From Clostridia bacterium (GTDB lineage: Bacteria; Bacillota; Clostridia; Oscillospirales; Acutalibacteraceae), in assembly GCA_900766585.1 (NCBI GenBank), contig CAAFVV010000030.1, positions 78,980-142,979 of the forward strand: a stretch of DNA of 64,000 nucleotides, read 5' to 3'. The translations under genes and the position numbers were made by a program. Under the pieces are notes generated by a model. It saw nothing but the letters and a program-made list of their open reading frames with translations, did no database searches and was not told the DNA's origin. Shown here piece by piece: positions 57,418 through 64,000 of the stretch (position 1 is the first letter of the stretch; every line of letters begins with the position of its first letter).

Positions 57418-58109
57418 CGCCGTCCCTTTCGGTTGTTTCCCGCCACGATCAGCAGCAGGCGCAGGAAGCTCATCAGCGACAAAAACAGCGCCGCCACATA
57501 GGTCATCGCCGCAGCGGACAGCACCCGGCGCACGCCATCCAGTTCTTCCTGCGTGAAACGTCCGCAGGCGCTAAGCTCCGCCAGTGTACGGCGGCTGGCG
57601 TTAAATTCCACCGGGAGCGTGATCAGCTGAAACAGCACGGCGAAGCCAAAGCACCCGATGCCGACATAGGCAAGCGGGTAAAAGCTGAAGATCAGTCCGA
57701 GTACGACCAGATAAGTGGAGATTGTAGACGCAAAATTGGTGACCGGGACGATCGCCATGCGGATGCGCGCCGGCGCGTAGTTGTCGACGTATTGCAGCGC
57801 GTGACCCGTTTCATGCGCCGCCACGCCGACGGCGGACACCGTCGCCGTATCCAGAACCGTCTCCGACAGGTGGATCGTCTGATCCGACGGATTATAATAA
57901 TCGGTCATGGAACCGGACACGGGCAGGATGGGCAAATTCAGTCCCCGCGCGGACTGGATCAGACGCGAGGCCTCCGCGCCGGTCATCGAGCTGCGCACGC
58001 CGCTGTACCGGCGAAACACCCGTTTCACATGCACCTGTGCAATCAACGTGAGAATGATCGCCGGAACGACAAGCAACAGATACCAGTAGTCCATCATAAA
58101 AAGGGGCAT
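57414..58109 (-). CDS. putative zinc metallopeptidase (YugP-like, Zn_peptidase_2)
   Basis: HExxH motif VAAHETGHALQ. Hydrophobic N-terminus. Start at the internal ATG with GGAGGT RBS. Confidence 0.7.
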   Translation of the reverse strand: MPLFMMDYWYLLLVVPAIILTLIAQVHVKRVFRRYSGVRSSMTGAEASRLIQSARGLNLPILPVSGSMTDYYNPSDQTIHLSETVLDTATVSAVGVAAHETGHALQYVDNYAPARIRMAIVPVTNFASTISTYLVVLGLIFSFYPLAYVGIGCFGFAVLFQLITLPVEFNASRRTLAELSACGRFTQEELDGVRRVLSAAAMTYVAALFLSLMSFLRLLLIVAGNNRKGRR

Positions 58110-58128
58110 AGCGTTACCTCCGTTTAAC

Positions 58129-59052
58129 TTATTCCAGACGGCTGCCGATCTCGGCGGGATGCCCGCGCAGGAAATCGGCGGCAGCCATGCGGCGCGCTCC
58201 CTCCGCCTGTACCTCCTGCAGCAGCAGCGTGTGCCCGTCGCCGCAGGCGACCGCAAACGGTGACAGCGACACCACCGTACCCGCTGCCGCGCCGGTCTCT
58301 CCGCCGACGGCGCTAACATGAACCTTCAGCGTTTTCCCGCTGAAGCGGCAGGTCGCGCCCGGCCACGGAGACAGACCGCGCACCTGATCGTGCAGGACCT
58401 TCGCCGGGCGTGTCCAGTCAAGCGGACTGCAGCTGCGGTCCAACATCGGGGCGAGGGTCGCCTCGGCGGAATTTTGCGGTGTGCGCACCGCCGTATGCGC
58501 TTCAAGCGCCGCAAGCGTCTGCAAAAGCAGCGCGGCACCGTCCGCCGCCAACTCGTCAAACAGCTCGCCGGACGTCTCGTCCTCCCGCACCGCGCGGGAG
58601 GACTGCATCAGGATATCTCCCGTATCCAATCCTTCATCCATCTGCATCGTCGTCACGCCCGCTTCGCGATCGCCGGACAGGATCGTCCACTGGATCGGCG
58701 CCGCGCCGCGGTGACGCGGCAGGAGCGAGGCGTGCACATTGACACAGCCGAGCGGAGGAAGCTCCAGGATATCTTTGGGCAAAATGCGTCCGTAGGCGAC
58801 AACAACGATCACATCGGGATTTTCCCGTGCGATCCGCTCCCTCGCCTCCCCGTCGCGCAGCGTGCGCGGCTGGTAGACCGGAATGTTGTGTGTAATGGCA
58901 CATGCCTTTACATCAGAAATTGACATCTGCTGCCCGCGTCCCTTGGGCTTATCCTCCCGCGTGACCACGAGACTGACCGTATGACCGGCGCCAATAAGGC
59001 CTTCCAGAGAAGAAACGGCAAAGTCGGGCGTACCCATAAATACGATCCGCAT
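58129..59052 (-). CDS. fmt: methionyl-tRNA formyltransferase
   Basis: MRIVFMGTPDFAV. SLLPRHRGAAPIQW formyltransferase motif. Confidence 0.92.
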   Translation of the reverse strand: MRIVFMGTPDFAVSSLEGLIGAGHTVSLVVTREDKPKGRGQQMSISDVKACAITHNIPVYQPRTLRDGEARERIARENPDVIVVVAYGRILPKDILELPPLGCVNVHASLLPRHRGAAPIQWTILSGDREAGVTTMQMDEGLDTGDILMQSSRAVREDETSGELFDELAADGAALLLQTLAALEAHTAVRTPQNSAEATLAPMLDRSCSPLDWTRPAKVLHDQVRGLSPWPGATCRFSGKTLKVHVSAVGGETGAAAGTVVSLSPFAVACGDGHTLLLQEVQAEGARRMAAADFLRGHPAEIGSRLE

Positions 59053-59064
59053 AGTTTTTCCCCT

Positions 59065-59532
59065 TTACAGCTCTTCCGGATCGACCTTGCGGATCCCGTG
59101 ACTTGTGAACAAGATACCGTTGAGATGGTCGTTCTCATGACAGATGCAGCGCGCCTTGAGATCCGTTCCGGTCACGTAGAAGTATTTCCCGTTGCGGTCC
59201 TGTGCTTTCAGCTTGACCTTTTTCGGGCGCTCGGTAATCCACCACTCGCCGGGCAGGGACAGGCAGCCCTCCATCTCCTCCTGGGTGCCCTTACTGTCCA
59301 CGATCTCCGGATTGATCGCCTCGATCAGCTCGCCGTCGAGATCCATGATAAACACCCGGCGCAGCACGCCGACCTGCGGTGCCGCCAATCCGACGCCGTC
59401 AGCCAGATGCAGTGTTTCCGCCATGTCGTCGAGAAGCTGCCACAGCCGCTCGTTAAATTCCGTTACGGGACGGCAGGTCTTTTCCAGAATCGGATCGCCT
59501 GCTTTGACAATATTCCGAATCGCCATATCCAT
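59065..59532 (-). CDS. def: peptide deformylase
   Basis: GVGLAAPQVG, EGCLS, HENDHLNG motifs. Confidence 0.93.
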   Translation of the reverse strand: MDMAIRNIVKAGDPILEKTCRPVTEFNERLWQLLDDMAETLHLADGVGLAAPQVGVLRRVFIMDLDGELIEAINPEIVDSKGTQEEMEGCLSLPGEWWITERPKKVKLKAQDRNGKYFYVTGTDLKARCICHENDHLNGILFTSHGIRKVDPEEL

Positions 59533-59538
59533 TCTCCT

Positions 59539-62004
59539 TTACAATGACCCTGCCGGGTCAATATCGGCAAATATACGGACGTCGCGCTTCTGCGCCTCAC
59601 GCCCGAGATCCGTCAAAAGCTCCGCCAGCAGCCGCCGCAGCTGCGTGCAGTTGACGGTTTTGACCAAGAGCTTATAGCGGTATTTTCCCGCTACACGGCT
59701 GACGACAGCCGGCATGGGATCGAGCGCGATCATCGGCAGACCGGCATAGGGTCCGGTCACAAGCCCGTGCAGTTTTTTCAGGCAGGCATACGCCGTATCA
59801 CGCACCGCCGCCTCCTCCCGACCGACAAAGCCGAATTGGCACAGATCGGCAAAAGGCGGGTATTTCATCAGACGCCGCGCCTGGATCTCGGTATCGAAAA
59901 AGCCGTCATAATCCTGCCTTGCGGCAAACTGAATGATATAATGCTCCGGTGAATAGGTCTGGATGACGGCTTTTCCGTCGCCGTCCCGCCGTCCGGCACG
60001 GCCGATGACCTGAGTCAGCAGGGAAAACGTTGTTTCAAAGCAGCGGAAATCCGCGCCGAAAAGTGACTGATCGGCAGAAAGCACGCCGACTAAAGCCACG
60101 CGCGGAAAATCCAGTCCCTTTGCCACCATCTGCGTGCCGAGCAGGATATCGTACTCCCCGCGCCGGAACGCTTCAAAGCTGTTTTCATAGGCGAGTCGCG
60201 ACAGTGTGGTGTCGGCGTCCATGCGCAGCACCGATGCGCCCGGAAACCGCGCTGTCAGCTCCTCCTCCACCCGCTGTGTACCGAGACCGGAAAAACGGAG
60301 CTTATCCGAACCGCACTCCGGGCAGCGGGATGCCACAGGCTCGGTATGTCCGCAGTAGTGGCACATTAGCTGCCGGTTGGCGCGGTGATAGGTCAGTGAG
60401 ATACTGCACGACGGGCAGGTCATCACATGACCGCAGCTGCGGCAGGAGATAAAGGTATTATACCCGCGCCGGTTCAAAAGTAACACAGCCTGTTTTCCGG
60501 CGGAGAGACAATCCGCAAGCGCGGTCTCCAGCTTTTGCCCGATGATCGCATCCGGCGACAGCTCCTCGCGCATATCGGCAATGTCCACCTCGGGCAGTCT
60601 GGCGCTGCCGTAACGGGATCGCAGCGTATACAGCGTATACCGCCCGCTTTTGGCAAGGTAGTAGCTCTCCACCGACGGCGTCGCAGAGGTCATCAGCAGC
60701 ATGGCATTGTGCCGTGCGCAGCGAAAGCGGGCAATATCGCGGGTGTGATAGCGCGGACTGGACTCGGATTTGTAGGTATGCTCCTGCTCCTCGTCCACAA
60801 CGATCAGTCCGAGCGAGGAAAACGGTGCAAAGACCGCCGATCGGGTGCCGATCACCACAGACGCCTCTCCCCGCTTGATCCGCTTCCATTCATCGACGCG
60901 CTCACCGATGGCAAGCGCGCTGTGCTGCACCGCCACACGGCGGCCGTAGCGTGAAAGAAACAGCTGCAGCATCTGCGGCGTCAGCGAGATCTCAGGCACC
61001 AGCACCAGCACCTGCCGCCCATCCGCCAGCACACGGTCGATCAGGTTCATGTACACGCTCGTTTTTCCGCTGCCGGTCACACCGTAAAGCAGAGCCGCCG
61101 AAGCCTTGCCGGAGCGGTACTGGCTGCAAAGCCCCGCAAACGCTTGCTGCTGCTCGACGCTGAGCTTGACGGGAGTCAGCGGCGGCAGCGGCGCATCCGC
61201 GTTTGCCGAGCGCAGCCGCTCGTGCTCATACAGCTCCGCCAGCCCCTTTTTGGCCAATGTCTGCACCACGGCAGGGGTCACGGAGGCAAAATAGCACAGC
61301 TCCTTCACCGAAGCGGAGCCGCAGTCGCACAGGAGCTTCAGCACCGCGCGCTGCTTATCCGTGCAGCGCGCTTCAGCCATCACATCCGGCAGTTCAGCCG
61401 GATCAAACGCCGGGCGCACCATTTTCACGGTGGCATCACCCACCATGCGCGCCGCCACGTCCGTGCGCACAAGCCATCCGCGCGACACAAGCGCTTCCGG
61501 CAGCGGAGAATCCGGCGACAGCCCGTTATCCCGCAGCAGCCGTTCCTGCTCGACATCGCCGCCTGCGCGGGAGACATAGTCAAGCAGACAGCGTTCGGCG
61601 GCGGGCAGATGAGTCAGCAGCTCTCCGGACGGCGCCTGATGCCCGAGCCGATAGGTCGGGCGCAGCTTCATGTACAGTCCGGTGGGCAGCATCGTGCGCA
61701 CCGCTTCAAAAAGCGTGCAAAACGTGCGCTCGCGCAGCCAGTTTGCCAGCTCCAGCATTTCCGCATCGAGCAGCGGCTCCGCGTCCAGCACTGCCGCAAT
61801 CGGCTTCAGCTTCGGCAGCTGTGCCGCGTCGGTCAGACGCAGGACAATCCCCTGCGTTTTGCGGTTTCCGCCGCCAAACGGCACCAGAACGCGGCAGCCC
61901 GGCGAAACGGACGAAAGCGATTCCGGCACGATATAGCTGTAGGGCTTGTCAAAATGAAAAGAGGCCTGTTCCACGGCGACCTCTGCAATTTTCGGCAGCA
62001 ACAC
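59539..62004 (-). CDS. priA: primosomal protein N' (PriA helicase)
   Basis: Walker A GVTGSGKT. DEEQ box. Cys4/Cys4 zinc-binding insertion CRSCGHVMTCPSC..CHYCGH..CPECGS. Confidence 0.92.
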   Translation of the reverse strand: MLLPKIAEVAVEQASFHFDKPYSYIVPESLSSVSPGCRVLVPFGGGNRKTQGIVLRLTDAAQLPKLKPIAAVLDAEPLLDAEMLELANWLRERTFCTLFEAVRTMLPTGLYMKLRPTYRLGHQAPSGELLTHLPAAERCLLDYVSRAGGDVEQERLLRDNGLSPDSPLPEALVSRGWLVRTDVAARMVGDATVKMVRPAFDPAELPDVMAEARCTDKQRAVLKLLCDCGSASVKELCYFASVTPAVVQTLAKKGLAELYEHERLRSANADAPLPPLTPVKLSVEQQQAFAGLCSQYRSGKASAALLYGVTGSGKTSVYMNLIDRVLADGRQVLVLVPEISLTPQMLQLFLSRYGRRVAVQHSALAIGERVDEWKRIKRGEASVVIGTRSAVFAPFSSLGLIVVDEEQEHTYKSESSPRYHTRDIARFRCARHNAMLLMTSATPSVESYYLAKSGRYTLYTLRSRYGSARLPEVDIADMREELSPDAIIGQKLETALADCLSAGKQAVLLLNRRGYNTFISCRSCGHVMTCPSCSISLTYHRANRQLMCHYCGHTEPVASRCPECGSDKLRFSGLGTQRVEEELTARFPGASVLRMDADTTLSRLAYENSFEAFRRGEYDILLGTQMVAKGLDFPRVALVGVLSADQSLFGADFRCFETTFSLLTQVIGRAGRRDGDGKAVIQTYSPEHYIIQFAARQDYDGFFDTEIQARRLMKYPPFADLCQFGFVGREEAAVRDTAYACLKKLHGLVTGPYAGLPMIALDPMPAVVSRVAGKYRYKLLVKTVNCTQLRRLLAELLTDLGREAQKRDVRIFADIDPAGSL

Positions 62005-62037
62005 CGCTTCACCGCCTCCTCTCTGACCGCAGAGCGT

Positions 62038-62241
62038 TTATTCGGCGTCCTTTTCCTCACTCAGCACATAATCGCCCCGCTTGAAGTCCGCAATCGCGAG
62101 GCTGACCGGCTTTTCGATCAGGATCTCTCCGTTATTTTCGGCGTCCACAGCGATCTCACGTGCGCGCTTGGCGACGCCAATCACCACGGCATAGCGGCTG
62201 TGGTCTCCTTTGAGCTGTTCAATATCTGTCGGTCTGAGCAT
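62038..62241 (-). CDS. rpoZ: DNA-directed RNA polymerase subunit omega
   Basis: 67 aa. DSRYAVVIGVAKRAREI-type motif. Confidence 0.85.
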   Translation of the reverse strand: MLRPTDIEQLKGDHSRYAVVIGVAKRAREIAVDAENNGEILIEKPVSLAIADFKRGDYVLSEEKDAE

Positions 62242-62845
62242 GATTGATTTCCTCCCATAAATTGGTTTCCAAACGTGAAAAGCGGAGAGATTCCGCTGTC
62301 AGAATGGCTTCTATTCTGTCCACGGCAAGCTCGATCTCGTCATTCATGACGAGGTACTGATACCGCGATGCACAGGCAAGCTCCCGCTTTGCCGCCGCAA
62401 GACGGCCCTGAATAGCGGATTCCTCCTCGGTGCCGCGCCCGCGCAGGCGGTGCTCCAGCTCCTCCATGGACGGAATCCCGATAAAGACAGAGACGACGTC
62501 CGGCCGCTTTTGCATCACCTTTTCGGCGCCCTTGACCTCGATCTCCAGCACGACGTTTTTGCCCTCTCTGAGCCAGCGGTCGATCGCCGGGGCGGGCGTA
62601 CCATAGTAGTTGCCGTTGTACTCGGCATACTCGAGCAGCTCATCCCTTGCGATCATTTCCTCAAATTCCGCACGGGTGCGGAAAAAATAGGATACACCGT
62701 CCTGCTCACCGGGACGTGGCGCGCGCGTCGTCGCCGAAACGGAAACGACTGTATCCGCCCGCCTCTGCAGAAGGCGTCCCAGGATCGTTCCCTTTCCGCT
62801 GCCGGACGGACCGGACAGCACGATCAGCATGCCGGTCTTATTCAT
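62219..62845 (-). CDS. gmk: guanylate kinase
   Basis: [16 protein letters not shown]-loop. [18 protein letters not shown]. Start chosen at MNKTGML by alignment to typical Gmk N-termini. Confidence 0.88.
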   Translation of the reverse strand: MNKTGMLIVLSGPSGSGKGTILGRLLQRRADTVVSVSATTRAPRPGEQDGVSYFFRTRAEFEEMIARDELLEYAEYNGNYYGTPAPAIDRWLREGKNVVLEIEVKGAEKVMQKRPDVVSVFIGIPSMEELEHRLRGRGTEEESAIQGRLAAAKRELACASRYQYLVMNDEIELAVDRIEAILTAESLRFSRLETNLWEEINHAQTDRY

Positions 62846-63104
62846 CTTCCTCGTCATCCTCTCCGTCATCCCGGTCAATGACCCGATTCGCCACGGTTTC
62901 CGGCTGCACGGCGGACAAAACGACATGGTCGCTGTCCATGATCAGCACGGCGCGGGTACGGCGTCCGTAGGTGGCGTCGATCAGACTGCCGCGGTCGCGG
63001 GCATCCTGAATGATACGCTTGATCGGCGCGGACTCGGGGCTGACGATTGCAATCATACGCGATGCAGAGATCATATTGCCGAATCCGATGTTGATGAGCT
63101 TCAT
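62838..63104 (-). CDS. remA: extracellular matrix/biofilm regulator RemA (DUF370, YlzA)
   Basis: [71 protein letters not shown], near identical in pattern to B. subtilis RemA. Acidic tail. Confidence 0.87.
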   Translation of the reverse strand: MKLINIGFGNMISASRMIAIVSPESAPIKRIIQDARDRGSLIDATYGRRTRAVLIMDSDHVVLSAVQPETVANRVIDRDDGEDDEEDE

Positions 63105-63117
63105 GACCGTTTCCTCC

Positions 63118-63996
63118 TCACTCGATGTTCTGGATCTGTTCGCGGATCTTTTCGATCTCCGCTTTTATATCCACCACGCGCCGCGTGATCTCCAGATCAC
63201 ACGCCTTTGACCCGATCGTATTGGTCTCGCGGTTGATCTCCTGGATCAGGAAATCCAGCTTGCGCCCGACCGGCTCGCTGCTGTCCATCATCCTGCCAAG
63301 CTGCTCCAAATGGCTGCGCAGACGCACCGTCTCCTCTGCCACGGCAATCTTATCGGCATAGACCGCTGCCTCGGTCAGCAGCCGCTGTTCATCCACGGCG
63401 GCGCCGTCCAAAAGCTCACGCATGCGCGCCTCCACCTTGGCCATATGCTCTTTCACCGTCTGCGGAGAGCGCTCCTCGACAAAGGCGACCCCCTCAAGGA
63501 TATCCTTTGCGCGGGACAGCACATCGTCGCGCATTTTGGCCCCCTCGCGCTCCCGCATCGCCACCAGACGGTTAAGCGCTTCATCCGTCACGCCGCGCAC
63601 GATCTCCCACACCGCGTCCTCGTCCACCGGCTCCTGCTCAACAGTCAGCACATCGGGCAGCTTCGACAGTGATTCCGCCGTCAGCCCGAGCGGCAGATTG
63701 AGCTGTGCCGACAGCTCGCGCAGCGCCTGCGCATATTGCTGAGCCATCGCGGAGTTGACCACGACCCTGCCGGTAGCGAGCTGCGGCGTGTCGATCCACA
63801 GCGCCAGATCCACTTTACCGCGGGAGAGGCGCGTCTGCAGATGCGCCTTGAGCTTTTCATCCAGATACCCGTAAGCCCGCGGCAAACGGGACGTATATTC
63901 ATAATAACGGTGGTTGACCGTGCGGATCTCCACGGTGACGTGCAAGCCGCCCGCCGTATTTTCCGCCCGTCCGAACCCTGTCATGCTGCGCACCAT
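63118..63996 (-). CDS. yloC: YicC/YloC-family stress-induced protein (endoribonuclease YicC-like)
   Basis: [20 protein letters not shown]-terminal signature. C-terminal DUF1732 coiled region. Conserved position upstream of remA-gmk. Confidence 0.85.
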   Translation of the reverse strand: MVRSMTGFGRAENTAGGLHVTVEIRTVNHRYYEYTSRLPRAYGYLDEKLKAHLQTRLSRGKVDLALWIDTPQLATGRVVVNSAMAQQYAQALRELSAQLNLPLGLTAESLSKLPDVLTVEQEPVDEDAVWEIVRGVTDEALNRLVAMREREGAKMRDDVLSRAKDILEGVAFVEERSPQTVKEHMAKVEARMRELLDGAAVDEQRLLTEAAVYADKIAVAEETVRLRSHLEQLGRMMDSSEPVGRKLDFLIQEINRETNTIGSKACDLEITRRVVDIKAEIEKIREQIQNIE

Positions 63997-64000
63997 ACTT

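Noticed and set aside
61144-62247. 367-aa and 293-aa plus-strand ORFs
   Set aside because: Antisense to priA.
1-64000. Mobile elements, prophage, CRISPR-Cas
   Set aside because: No transposase, integrase, recombinase, phage structural or cas-like translations, and no inverted terminal repeats or regularly spaced direct repeats were seen on either strand.

Overview
High-GC (~60%) Firmicutes/Clostridia-type chromosomal segment, probably from a spore-forming Oscillospiraceae/Ruminococcaceae-like organism. It is dominated by conserved housekeeping operons in Bacillus-like gene order. These are hrcA-grpE-dnaK-dnaJ with a perfect CIRCE operator; ffs(SRP RNA)-dnaX-ybaB-recR-smpB; and yloC-remA-gmk-rpoZ-priA-def-fmt-(Zn peptidase)-rsmB-rlmN-prpC-prkC-rsgA. 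There are two unannotated structured RNAs, the SRP RNA and RNase P RNA, and both are overlaid by spurious ORFs in the six-frame track. Accessory content: a malP-malEFG maltodextrin cluster, a BceS/BceAB-type peptide-antibiotic sensing and efflux module whose response regulator is 5'-truncated, an NfeD/flotillin pair, and a GH78/AraC/oxidoreductase sugar islet. There are also several cell-wall and spore-cortex remodelling genes: PBP1A, a PdaA/CwlD-like deacetylase plus amidase pair, and two SpoIID-family proteins. The most unusual element is the nifS-thiI locus, which is interrupted and followed by two paralogous class-B sortase-like membrane proteins. One looks catalytically intact and carries a long Thr/Pro/Ser tail. 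The other is a 1089-aa chimera: degenerate CinA-like N-terminus, TM helix, a sortase domain that has lost its TLSTC cysteine, a Ser/Thr/Asp linker, and a SpoIID domain. No transposases, phage genes or CRISPR arrays were detected. Coordinates of motif-level features are approximate (+/- 2 nt).
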